Below are positions 55,900 through 64,000 of a DNA stretch of 64,000 bases, in pieces. Below the pieces are notes generated by a model that worked only from the letters and a program-made list of their open reading frames with translations, was not told the DNA's origin and did no database searches. The position numbers and the translations under genes were made by a program. Origin of the DNA: a virus (Duplodnaviria > Heunggongvirae > Uroviricota > Caudoviricetes); the IMG/VR virus record IMGVR_UViG_3300018080_000114. One strand, written 5' to 3'. How positions within the stretch are numbered: position 1 is the first letter of the stretch; each line of letters starts with the position of its first letter.

Positions 55900-57060
55900 A
55901 TGGGATCAACTAATCATGGAACACAGACAATCACCTGGGGCTATTTCCAGGAAGCGAAGGCTGCGAATTGGGGCAAGCGGCTGTTGGACCAACTTCCGGT
56001 CGGAATTTACAGTGGTGGATATCTGACTAGGGTCACTGATAGTAGGGTGTCACTGAGTGCTATGGTGGCTGAGATTCGAGATGGGAGTGCTCAGGTTAAT
56101 GTGAGAACAGCGGCAGCTGCTACTCTGGATTCGACTACATTGGACAGTGGATCGATTTCATCTGCTACTCCATACTTGGTTCTCCGTTGGTCTTTTGCGG
56201 AATTGGTGGCGAACTATGTGGAGGTGCATGCGATTGCAAGTCTCTCTGCGCGTCAGCAAAATGATATCGTGGTTGGCAAGTGTGTGTTTGAGGGTGCCAC
56301 GTTGAGCAGCTTTGATTACTCAGATAGAACGTTTCCGATGGTGTTGGAGCGGAATCTGAGTGTGGAGGCAACAACGGCGTCTGAGATGTATGTGCGCGTG
56401 CGTGGTGGCACTGTGAATACGGGATCAGCTAAGGTGCGGATTGGGGATCAGAAGGTGGGTCCGTTTGCGGTTCCTTCTGCGTCGAATTCCCGTATCGATC
56501 TAGTCTATGTGACTTCCGCAGGAGCTATTGCAATTGCACAGGGCACTGAGGCAGTGAGTCCTTCGGCTCCAGCGTATGGTGGGAAGATGGTCTTGGCTGA
56601 GGTGACAGTGGTCAATGGTGACACTGATCTGACGTGGGATCGAATTGCGGATGCTAGATCCTTTTTGGCTTATCCCCAGTCGAGCACTACGCAGATGATT
56701 GAGTCCACAGGTACGGACAACATCAGCTACAACACAGCGGCATGGGCTACCATCACAGATATGTCCGTGAGCATCACTACGATTGGTGGCATTGTTCACA
56801 TAACTGGAAGTGTGCCACTGCGTTGGGGTGCGGATCGGTATTACAACAGTTTCCGATTGAGAATTGATGGGGAAGTGAAGTGGACTCGTCGGTTGGAGAC
56901 AGGTGATGATCAGGGCTACGTGAATCTGGATGTGAATTACTATGCCTCTTTGGCGGCTGGGGTTCATACAGTTGATTTGCAGTGGTATCGGGATCAGGTG
57001 ATCATGTACCAAGATGGCTCATCGTATATGAGATATCTGCAAGCGGTGGAGCTGAGCTAG
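55900..57060 (+). CDS. tail fiber protein, paralog B (386 aa)
   Basis: Tandem duplicate of 54627..55889, diverged in C-terminal (distal) half; ATG after AGGAGAGAAGAG. Confidence 0.55.
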   Translation: MGSTNHGTQTITWGYFQEAKAANWGKRLLDQLPVGIYSGGYLTRVTDSRVSLSAMVAEIRDGSAQVNVRTAAAATLDSTTLDSGSISSATPYLVLRWSFAELVANYVEVHAIASLSARQQNDIVVGKCVFEGATLSSFDYSDRTFPMVLERNLSVEATTASEMYVRVRGGTVNTGSAKVRIGDQKVGPFAVPSASNSRIDLVYVTSAGAIAIAQGTEAVSPSAPAYGGKMVLAEVTVVNGDTDLTWDRIADARSFLAYPQSSTTQMIESTGTDNISYNTAAWATITDMSVSITTIGGIVHITGSVPLRWGADRYYNSFRLRIDGEVKWTRRLETGDDQGYVNLDVNYYASLAAGVHTVDLQWYRDQVIMYQDGSSYMRYLQAVELS

Positions 57061-57065
57061 TGGGC

Positions 57066-57806
57066 ATGTCTTTCAATACACATAGGGGAACCGTTGTGAA
57101 GAGGATAGGTCCTAAGCCGTGCAAGGCACGTCCAGTGTCGGATGTGCTTCCGTCTGGTGCTTGGAGAGGTGAGCGGTGTGTGATTCTCGGTGGAGGTCCC
57201 AGCTTGGAGGGATTTGATTTTGGGGTTTTGGATGGGATTCACACAATTGGGATCAACAAGATGTTTCAGTTGTACCCGTCTGAGGTTCACTATTCCATGG
57301 ACCACACGTTCTTTGAGATGGTGGAACTGAATCGTAAGCCGTCCCAGGATCACTATGAGCTTCATCGGGAGTGGAGCCAGTATGATGGGATCAAGGTGTT
57401 CATGCGAGCCCAGCGGCAAGTGTTCAATGAGAACGTGTATGTAGTGCAGGACCTGGGCAAGAAGGCGGTGAGTCTGGACCTAGGCGTGGGCATCTACAAG
57501 GGTAACAATTCTGGGTGTGGAGCGTTGATGTTGGCAGTGGCGCTTGGGTGTACTCAGATTGGATTGTTGGGATATGATTTCAAGGTCATTGAGAATGGAA
57601 ACGCAGTGAAGACTCATTGTCACGAGGGGTATGATCGTGGAACAATCAGGAGCCTATTGCGGAATCTGGAGAACTTCCGGAACTGCATTGAGGAGATAGG
57701 TCCTTGCTTGGGTGCGATGGGAATTTCTGTTTTCAACCTCAACCCAGACAGTGCATTGCAATGCTTTGAGAAGCGGTCTTGGGGTGGGTTTTTGTCTGGT
57801 GTCTAA
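57066..57806 (+). CDS. PF01973 (MptE/Maf/DUF115)-like transferase, copy 1
   Basis: CVILGGGPSL and NSGCGALMLAVALGCTQIGLLGYDF motifs of the Maf/MptE-like family. Confidence 0.5.
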   Translation: MSFNTHRGTVVKRIGPKPCKARPVSDVLPSGAWRGERCVILGGGPSLEGFDFGVLDGIHTIGINKMFQLYPSEVHYSMDHTFFEMVELNRKPSQDHYELHREWSQYDGIKVFMRAQRQVFNENVYVVQDLGKKAVSLDLGVGIYKGNNSGCGALMLAVALGCTQIGLLGYDFKVIENGNAVKTHCHEGYDRGTIRSLLRNLENFRNCIEEIGPCLGAMGISVFNLNPDSALQCFEKRSWGGFLSGV

Positions 57807-57826
57807 TTCCGTATAGGTGGGAAGAA

Positions 57827-58585
57827 ATGAAGAAGGCATGCTATATTGTTGGTGGCGGTACGTCCCTAACCACATTCGACTATTCATGGTTGAATGGGAA
57901 GGATGTGATAGCTGTCAATCAGTCTCTCTTTCATCTCCCCAATGCAAAGTACTTCGTGACCATGGACTATACATGGGTTCTGCGAAATGGGATCACAGGT
58001 GACAAGTGTCGCACGGACAAGCGGCGTGAGTTTTCTCGGCATCCAGCAGATAAGATCTTTGTGGTGGGATTCAGTGGAGATCGGTTGCAGGTTTTGGATG
58101 AGCGTCACATTGTGGACAATGCGCATGGTATCACATATGATCTGAGCCCGTTTGATCGTGTGGTGCATGCGGCAGCATATGGTGGTGTCGGCCCTTCCTT
58201 TGATGATTTCCATTGTGGAAGTGACTCAGGTTATGCAGGTCTTCAGTTGGCCGTGGTGCTGGGATACACAGAGATCTACTTGCTTGGGTATGATTTTCGT
58301 GCGACTGTGGGAGGCACACATTTTCATAAGGACTATGCGGATCGAGACAGGCGAAAGTACGATGCGAAATTGCAAGAGTTCATGGTGCCATATCCTATGG
58401 CTTTGGAGGTGATGCGTAAGGAATACGGAGTGCAGGTGTTCAGTTGTTCAGAGATGAGTAGATTGAATCGCTATGTTCCATTTCGGAAGGTGGGAGTGAC
58501 AAATGAGGCTGAGCGTTGTAATGACATATCACAACAGGCCGAATCAGTTCCGGTTGACTCTGAAATCGATCCTGGAGCAGTGTGA
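57827..58585 (+). CDS. PF01973 (MptE/Maf/DUF115)-like transferase, copy 2
   Basis: CYIVGGGTSL and GSDSGYAGLQLAVVLGYTEIYLLGYDF; paralog of preceding gene. Confidence 0.5.
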   Translation: MKKACYIVGGGTSLTTFDYSWLNGKDVIAVNQSLFHLPNAKYFVTMDYTWVLRNGITGDKCRTDKRREFSRHPADKIFVVGFSGDRLQVLDERHIVDNAHGITYDLSPFDRVVHAAAYGGVGPSFDDFHCGSDSGYAGLQLAVVLGYTEIYLLGYDFRATVGGTHFHKDYADRDRRKYDAKLQEFMVPYPMALEVMRKEYGVQVFSCSEMSRLNRYVPFRKVGVTNEAERCNDISQQAESVPVDSEIDPGAV

Positions 58586-59258
58586 TCCAGATCTGGAACT
58601 GATTGTGGTGGATGATGCTTCGGATGAGGGCCTGAGGGCCAAAACTGTCATCGAGGAGCTTGGCGCAGAAGTGACGTTGGTGGAGGTGTCGAACGAGGAG
58701 AAGTACTGGATCAACCCATCTGTCCCTTACAATATGGGGTTTGCAGAGGTCACTGGGGACGTGGTGGTGATTCAGAATGCGGAGTGTGTGCATGTGGGGC
58801 CGATTCTGCGTGACATGCGTTCTCGTGTGGGATCAGGCAGTTATGTGGCAGCTCCTTGCTACGCTTCTACGGAGGCTGAGTATGGGCTCTTGTCGAAGGT
58901 GGATGGGGGCAATGTGGGAGGGCAGGTGCGGAGTATCGTGCAGCCTTTCAAGAAGGAACAGTGGTATCATCATCCAAGTGCGTTTCCAAAGTGGTATCAT
59001 TTTTGTGCGGGCATTACGACGAAGAATCTTCAGAAGTTGGGCGGGTTCAATGAGGCATATGCTCTTGGGTACTGTTTCGAGGACAATGATTTCTTGCTTC
59101 GCATTCGAAAGAAGCTTCGCGTGTGCATTGACAGTACGTCGAATGGTTTGTTTGTGGTGCATCAGTGGCATCCGAAGAATCCCGGTCTCGTGGGTGGTTG
59201 TCCATTGTGGGAACGAAATCGGAAGATCTACGCGAAGATGGAAGAGATGTTGCGATGA
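58503..59258 (+). CDS. family 2 glycosyltransferase (GT-A)
   Basis: LSVVMTYHNRPNQFRLTLKSILEQ...LELIVVDDASDEG signature. Confidence 0.75.
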   Translation: MRLSVVMTYHNRPNQFRLTLKSILEQCDPDLELIVVDDASDEGLRAKTVIEELGAEVTLVEVSNEEKYWINPSVPYNMGFAEVTGDVVVIQNAECVHVGPILRDMRSRVGSGSYVAAPCYASTEAEYGLLSKVDGGNVGGQVRSIVQPFKKEQWYHHPSAFPKWYHFCAGITTKNLQKLGGFNEAYALGYCFEDNDFLLRIRKKLRVCIDSTSNGLFVVHQWHPKNPGLVGGCPLWERNRKIYAKMEEMLR

Positions 59259-59270
59259 TGGAGATCAGGG

Positions 59271-59558
59271 ATGAAGGGTTTGTTTGTTCAAGGGATCTTG
59301 TATCGATTGCACAACGTGCTGATACATGCAATCGTGGTGTTTGCTATGACTGGGCAGTGGCATGCAGCGATAGGGACAAGTGTGGCATTTAATCTGCTGA
59401 ACATCGTGTTGTATTACCACTTCCACTTGTGGATGGATTGGATAGGGAGGAGAAAGAATGGGAAGGATAGTGTGGTTGACAGGACAGTCTGGGGCTGGAA
59501 AGACGACGGTGGCGAGGGAGATTCAAAAGAGCTGGAACTGCGTAATTCTGGATGGTGA
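59271..59558 (+). CDS. small hydrophobic protein (extent uncertain; 3' end overlaps next gene)
   Basis: ORF track; two hydrophobic helices in first 60 aa. Confidence 0.3.
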   Translation: MKGLFVQGILYRLHNVLIHAIVVFAMTGQWHAAIGTSVAFNLLNIVLYYHFHLWMDWIGRRKNGKDSVVDRTVWGWKDDGGEGDSKELELRNSGW

Positions 59559-60225
59559 TGAGATGCGGGAAAGTATCTCGCTGGGCGCTGGGTTTTCTAG
59601 AGAAGATCGTCGGGAGCACAATCTGAGAGTGGCTCGGTTGGCGAAGATTCTTTCACAGCACCATGATGTGATGGTGACAGTCATTGCTCCGATGCGTGAA
59701 GTGCGGAGAGAGATCTCAAATGTATGTGACCCTGAGTGGATCTACATCAAGCGCACAATGCCGGAACGTGAAGGTCACTTCTATGAGGAGCCTACGTGCG
59801 AAGAGTTTATGGATAATCCAGGTGGGTTCTGTATGGTGAACCATGATTACATTGGAGTGAAGCAGAGTGCGGATACAATCCGAAAGCATTTGGGTGTGTT
59901 GAAGGATAACAAGTACAGCCTGTTCATTGGTCGGTGGCAACCTCTTCATGAGGGACATAAGACTCTATTTGATCAGGTGCGGAAAGAGGGCAAGAAGATT
60001 CTCATCGGCATTCGTGACACGGAGATTTCGGAGAGCAACCCATACAGTGTTGCGGAGCGGAGGGCGATGATCAAAGAGCAGGTCCCGGATGCGGAGGTGG
60101 TGGTGATTCCGGACATCGCAGAGGTATGCTATGGTCGTGGAGTGGGCTATGGTATTCGTGAGATTCGCTTGGATGCAGCTATCGAGGACATCAGTGCGAC
60201 GAAGATCAGAAAGGGTGAGCTATGA
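59458..60225 (+). CDS. adenylylsulfate (APS) kinase domain fused to HxGH nucleotidyltransferase domain
   Basis: N-terminus VWLTGQSGAGKTTVA + LDGDEMRESISLGAGFSREDRREHNLR (CysC-like); C-terminus GRWQPLHEGH (NMNAT/cytidylyltransferase-type HxGH) and ISATKIR; RBS GGAGGAGAAAG. Confidence 0.65.
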   Translation: MGRIVWLTGQSGAGKTTVAREIQKSWNCVILDGDEMRESISLGAGFSREDRREHNLRVARLAKILSQHHDVMVTVIAPMREVRREISNVCDPEWIYIKRTMPEREGHFYEEPTCEEFMDNPGGFCMVNHDYIGVKQSADTIRKHLGVLKDNKYSLFIGRWQPLHEGHKTLFDQVRKEGKKILIGIRDTEISESNPYSVAERRAMIKEQVPDAEVVVIPDIAEVCYGRGVGYGIREIRLDAAIEDISATKIRKGEL

Positions 60226-61076
60226 GATTTGTCCCTAAGCAGGCGTTCTTTTACTGGGGTGGATCGGTCCTTCCGTATTTGCGGTACATGGCCCTGTATT
60301 CCTTCCGGAAGTATAATCCGGACTGGAGGATGGTGCTATATGTGCCAAAGAAGCTGACGACTACTCAGTCATGGGTGACCTTTGAGAATAAGGAAGGATT
60401 GGACACAGAGGACTACATGGATCGGCTGGAGAATCTTGGTGTCCATGTGGCTCCGTTCGATATGGAGGCCATTGGGTTCTCTAATGACCTGCCTGAGGTG
60501 ATCAAGTCTGACATCATTCGCCTGTACCTGCTGTCTACGGTCGGAGGCTTGTGGAGTGATTCTGACATCCTCTACTATCGTCCTCTGTCTGCGGTGTTGC
60601 GGGAGACGGATCATACGGCATACTTCTGCTATCGTCGTGGTGGGCCTACACAGGACCCTACGCCAGCGAATGGGCCTCCATACCACAGTATTGGGTTCCT
60701 GGCGGGAGCGCCGGGGAATCGGCATTACACGAAGCTGTTTGAGCTGGCACGAAACAACATCAACCTGGAGCAATACCAGAGTGTGGGATCTCCGTTCTAC
60801 AAGACGGTGATTGATATGGGGGCTTCAGATGTGTTCAACTTCGATATTCGCACCGTGTATCCGACACGTGCGGCTTTGGTGATCTTCACAGAGCCTGCTG
60901 GTCGATTCATGAATGAGGTGATTCAGCCGGATGTGATCGGGATTCATTGGTATGCGGGCGCTCCAGAAGCGGGGAAAGCACAGAACTTTCTCACGGAAAA
61001 AACGTATAGAGACTATGACAATATCGTGTGTCACCTTTTGAGGTATGTGAACGATGGCGAAGCTCTTGGACGTTAA
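60222..61076 (+). CDS. DXD-motif glycosyltransferase (GT32 / Gly_transf_sug-like)
   Basis: FFYWGG...NPDWRMVLY...GGLWSDSDILY pattern of the sugar-binding-region GT family. Confidence 0.55.
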   Translation: MRFVPKQAFFYWGGSVLPYLRYMALYSFRKYNPDWRMVLYVPKKLTTTQSWVTFENKEGLDTEDYMDRLENLGVHVAPFDMEAIGFSNDLPEVIKSDIIRLYLLSTVGGLWSDSDILYYRPLSAVLRETDHTAYFCYRRGGPTQDPTPANGPPYHSIGFLAGAPGNRHYTKLFELARNNINLEQYQSVGSPFYKTVIDMGASDVFNFDIRTVYPTRAALVIFTEPAGRFMNEVIQPDVIGIHWYAGAPEAGKAQNFLTEKTYRDYDNIVCHLLRYVNDGEALGR

Positions 61077-61905
61077 GCAGGATTTTGATTGGGCAGAGAC
61101 ACGAAGCAAGAAGTTGGTCGTGTTCATGCCGAACTACGCACACTCTCATTTGACTGAGTTTGCTATCAATCAGATTCGAACGAAGGTCGATCCCAAAGAT
61201 TATCTGTTGGTGATCGGAAATGACAATGTGAATCACAATTGGTCGCATCTGCGTAATAAGAATGTGCGATCATTCACATTGCTCCATGACCATCAGGGGC
61301 CGAGGAACGGCGCGTTCATTCGGAATTACTTCCTGAGACGGAATGAGAGTGAGATCACCTTGCAGAAGGATGGAGAGGTCATCATGACCGGAGACTTCAT
61401 CTATCGGGCGATCCATTGTCACACACCGTGGCGAGCTGGGAAGGTGTGGGTGGTGCCTGAGCATCGCACGAAAGACATGCTGGAGGTGACAGGTGGTGTC
61501 AATTGGGCGTTGGAGCATATGCCTCTGACTCGTCTTGTGATTCCGATGGTGGCTGAGAATGCGTACCATGCAAAGGAGATCATTGAGTTGGCTGATGGGC
61601 AGGTAAACCCATCGACCTACTTCCACTATGCATATGCAGCGCCCACCAGTGTTTTCCAGAAAATCGGAGGGTATGACGAGGACTATGTGAGCTATGGATG
61701 GGAGGACGCAGATATGTTCTGTCGGCTGTACCATCTGGGTGTGTATTTGGTTCCTGATGCGGCATGTGCTGCGGTTCATCCCTGGCATCCGAGAGCGACA
61801 GACTGTACTCCGGAGCAGCTTCTGGCTATGCGTCAGTTGTTTGTGACGAAGAGTCCAGCAGACTTCTTCCGGAACAAGACTCGTGAGTGGGGGAGCGGCG
61901 TATGA
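61054..61905 (+). CDS. GT-A fold glycosyltransferase (GT2/GT7-like)
   Basis: GGYDEDYVSYGWEDADMFCRL resembles the GWGxEDxD C-terminal motif of GT2/GT7 enzymes. Confidence 0.45.
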   Translation: MAKLLDVKQDFDWAETRSKKLVVFMPNYAHSHLTEFAINQIRTKVDPKDYLLVIGNDNVNHNWSHLRNKNVRSFTLLHDHQGPRNGAFIRNYFLRRNESEITLQKDGEVIMTGDFIYRAIHCHTPWRAGKVWVVPEHRTKDMLEVTGGVNWALEHMPLTRLVIPMVAENAYHAKEIIELADGQVNPSTYFHYAYAAPTSVFQKIGGYDEDYVSYGWEDADMFCRLYHLGVYLVPDAACAAVHPWHPRATDCTPEQLLAMRQLFVTKSPADFFRNKTREWGSGV

Positions 61906-62177
61906 AATGGATAAGAGGTGGGCATTTTGAGTTTGTGGTCATGGCGGTGATACCTCCCAAAAAGACAGATCCATGGCTTGCAAGTGATGAGGTCTTTGAT
62001 GAACATAGGTTTTGGACGGGTAAGGAGTGGTCGCACTTTGATAAGGATGCGATGACATTTGAGTTGCTTTCATCTGCACAGGGTGTGGCAGAGACGATAG
62101 TGGGCGAGGGTGAGATATGTGTCGGCAAAGTGTTCTTAGAGACGACAATTGAGTTTTGTGGGAGAGCGGATGCATGA
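61902..62177 (+). CDS. small hypothetical protein (91 aa) upstream of radical SAM gene
   Basis: Translationally coupled on both sides. Confidence 0.35.
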   Translation: MKWIRGGHFEFVVMAVIPPKKTDPWLASDEVFDEHRFWTGKEWSHFDKDAMTFELLSSAQGVAETIVGEGEICVGKVFLETTIEFCGRADA

Positions 62178-63043
62178 AATTTCCGTGGCACAAATATCAA
62201 GAGTTACCACTGAGCAGGCGATACACGCTTCAGATCTTCATCACGAATCGATGTGATTTGCAGTGTACAGGATGCTTTGCTCGTAAGGTGATGAAGGATA
62301 GCGTGGACATCGACCTGGATGAGTATGAGCGTGCGGTGGATGTGTTCTGGAGACGTGGTGGGCGGCAGATCAACCTATTGGGTGGTGAGCCCTTGTTGCA
62401 TCCTCATCTGGAAGCGATGCTGATCTACAATCAGAAGTTGGGACTGAAGACCACCATCTACACGAACGGTCGCAAGTTGGATGGGTTCAGCGGGGAGGCA
62501 TTTGCGAAGTACAATGCGAAGTTGCGAGTGTCACTGTATGGCACATTCCATCCGGGGAAGGGCATTCACAATGTGATGGATGCACAGGTTCCGTTCGATG
62601 CGAACTTCATGGTGTCACGGACCACCACAGTGGAGGACATGTTGTCCACAGCGGAATCGGTGGAGAGCACTGGGATGTGCAAGGTGTTCTTCATCTCCAG
62701 CCTACGTGAGTTGGACAATCCGAGAAAGGAGTTCTTCGATGATACGGATCTGACGATGCCAGTCATTGAGTACAAGGAGCTGGTGCATCAGTTCATGTGG
62801 CAGTATGAGGGTGACATGGACATTCATGTGTCGAAGCGCGGTGTGTTTGAATCAACGAAGACATTGCCAGATTGTCACTGCAACTTTGCGAACTACATCA
62901 TTGGCGGGAAGATCATTCAGTGTCCGTATGATCTTGTGAATGAGGTGTACTGTCGAGATTACACATTGGGAAAGAGACCGTGCCACCACAACTCAACCTG
63001 CCTCATGTCAAAGGTGGTCTATCGAAGGAAGAGAAATGGATGA
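62174..63043 (+). CDS. radical SAM enzyme with C-terminal Cys-rich (SPASM/twitch-like) domain
   Basis: CDLQCTGC (CxxxCxxC) near N-terminus with GGEPLL; C-terminal CHC...C...C...CHHNSTC cluster. Confidence 0.7.
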   Translation: MKFPWHKYQELPLSRRYTLQIFITNRCDLQCTGCFARKVMKDSVDIDLDEYERAVDVFWRRGGRQINLLGGEPLLHPHLEAMLIYNQKLGLKTTIYTNGRKLDGFSGEAFAKYNAKLRVSLYGTFHPGKGIHNVMDAQVPFDANFMVSRTTTVEDMLSTAESVESTGMCKVFFISSLRELDNPRKEFFDDTDLTMPVIEYKELVHQFMWQYEGDMDIHVSKRGVFESTKTLPDCHCNFANYIIGGKIIQCPYDLVNEVYCRDYTLGKRPCHHNSTCLMSKVVYRRKRNG

Positions 63044-63887
63044 TTGGACGAGACTGAATGAGCAATATCCGCATGTGGCTTTCAACTGGAAGGGATTCGA
63101 TGGGAAGGTGCATAGTCGAGAGAATGGCTACCGCATCTTCTACCCAGGAGAGCCATACGTTGGGATGCCTGAGAACTGGGATCTGCAAATGCTGCGTCAG
63201 TATGAGCATGTGATTACGTGGAATCCGGCGTTCTTTGAGATGTATAAGCCCATTCTGAACATGCATCTGGTGCAGGGTGTGTTGGGGTGTAATCCTCCAG
63301 CGCCATTGGCCGAGAGGGTGCCGTTTAAGGAGAAGATCAATGGGGTGTGTTGCCTGAACAACGTGTATCAGAATGGACGTCCAGGCTGCATCTATTGGTT
63401 GCGGAATGAGGTCATGCAGAACATCGGCGGTGATCTGGTTCGGCATGTGTGGGCTCCGAAGGATCGTGAATGGGGTGGCAGCTGTTATCAGGGTGAGGTG
63501 GAGTCACCTATCCATCACAGTCATCCAAATCAGCTGCGTAAGATCAGTGAGTACAAGTTCTGTCTGTGCCTGGAATCCTCGTATCATCCCTTCTGGACAC
63601 AGGGGTTCATGACAGAGAGGATCTTGAACTGCTTCCGAGCGGGGACGATCCCGATCTACATGGGATGCTACAACATCCAGGACTATGTGCCTGGAGGATC
63701 GTTTGTTAACTTTGGAGAATTCTATGGACAGACAAGAGATTATAACGGGCTATCGCAACTGCTACAACAGATGTCAGAGAATGAGGATTGGTATGAAGCG
63801 GTTGTGGAAAGTAATCACCGATGGGTTAGCACGTGCAAGCTGGGAAGTGTGGCTGTGCTGGAAGATCTGATCAAGTCACTGGGATAA
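63036..63887 (+). CDS. GT10-like (alpha-1,3-fucosyltransferase-family) glycosyltransferase
   Basis: KFCLCLESSYHPFWTQGFMTERILNCFRAGTIPIYMG...VPGGSFVNFGEF matches the FucT C-terminal catalytic signature. Confidence 0.55.
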   Translation: MDDWTRLNEQYPHVAFNWKGFDGKVHSRENGYRIFYPGEPYVGMPENWDLQMLRQYEHVITWNPAFFEMYKPILNMHLVQGVLGCNPPAPLAERVPFKEKINGVCCLNNVYQNGRPGCIYWLRNEVMQNIGGDLVRHVWAPKDREWGGSCYQGEVESPIHHSHPNQLRKISEYKFCLCLESSYHPFWTQGFMTERILNCFRAGTIPIYMGCYNIQDYVPGGSFVNFGEFYGQTRDYNGLSQLLQQMSENEDWYEAVVESNHRWVSTCKLGSVAVLEDLIKSLG

Positions 63888-63897
63888 GGAGAAGAGT

Positions 63898-64000
63898 ATG
63901 GGATGGGAACCGAATCCAACTGGTATTTTGAAGCTGGCGTTTCGTAAGGCATACGAGACCATGGGTCCAGGCTTAGCGTTGGAGTTTGGCGTAGGCATGG
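63898..64000 (+). CDS. start of a further gene (partial, runs off window)
   Basis: ATG after AAGGAGAAGAG; open to the window edge. Confidence 0.3.
   Translation, partial: MGWEPNPTGILKLAFRKAYETMGPGLALEFGVGM

Noticed and set aside
59271-59558. Treating the full 95-aa ORF as a real protein overlapping the APS-kinase gene by 100 nt
   Set aside because: The overlap is unusually long for this genome, where overlaps are 1-11 nt. The upstream ~60 codons are probably the real small membrane protein and the remainder out-of-frame read-through. It is kept as a low-confidence feature only.

Overview
This 64 kb window reads as part of a tailed-phage (myovirus-like) genome, with every credible gene on the + strand and strong Shine-Dalgarno sites, so a bacterial host. 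All calls rest on by-eye motif and secondary-structure reading of the sequence and ORF track; no searches were run and every family assignment needs confirmation.

Layout, in order:
- (i) Positions 1-12 kb: an early-type region of small ORFs driven by three near-identical host sigma70-like promoters (TTGnnT-N16/17-TATACTTT). It contains two tRNA-Ser genes and a tRNA-Gly, a NADAR-domain protein, a P-loop kinase, a deoxyribosyltransferase-like protein and a ~370 nt GC-rich non-coding stretch.
- (ii) A 5-tRNA cluster at 12.1-12.7 kb.
- (iii) A KVP40/NARP2-type NAD+ salvage pair: NadM-like NMN adenylyltransferase fused to Nudix, plus NadV/NAMPT.
- (iv) A GroES homolog, a membrane-anchored trypsin-like protease and many small or acidic proteins.
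- (v) A T4-like head module: a 1412-aa acidic giant protein, a gp21-like prohead protease fused to a coiled-coil scaffold, and a gp23-like major capsid protein followed by a strong terminator.
- (vi) A contractile-tail module: sheath, gp19-like tube plus a tube paralog, tape measure, and a P2/Mu/T4-gp27/gp25/gp6-style baseplate (LysM X-like, gpD/gp27-like hub, gpV spike, gpW/gp25, gpJ/gp6). It ends with a LamG+Ig-like fibre and two tandem paralogous fibre genes.
- (vii) Directly downstream of the fibres, a 7 kb carbohydrate-modification cluster. It holds two PF01973/Maf-like transferases, a GT2, an APS-kinase::HxGH-nucleotidyltransferase fusion, a GT32-like DXD transferase, a GT-A enzyme, a radical-SAM enzyme with a Cys-rich auxiliary domain, and a GT10 fucosyltransferase-like enzyme. 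This is the strongest candidate for an undescribed system, possibly a phage-encoded glycosylation or sulfated-glycan pathway acting on virion proteins or the host surface.

No integrase, transposase or CRISPR array was seen.
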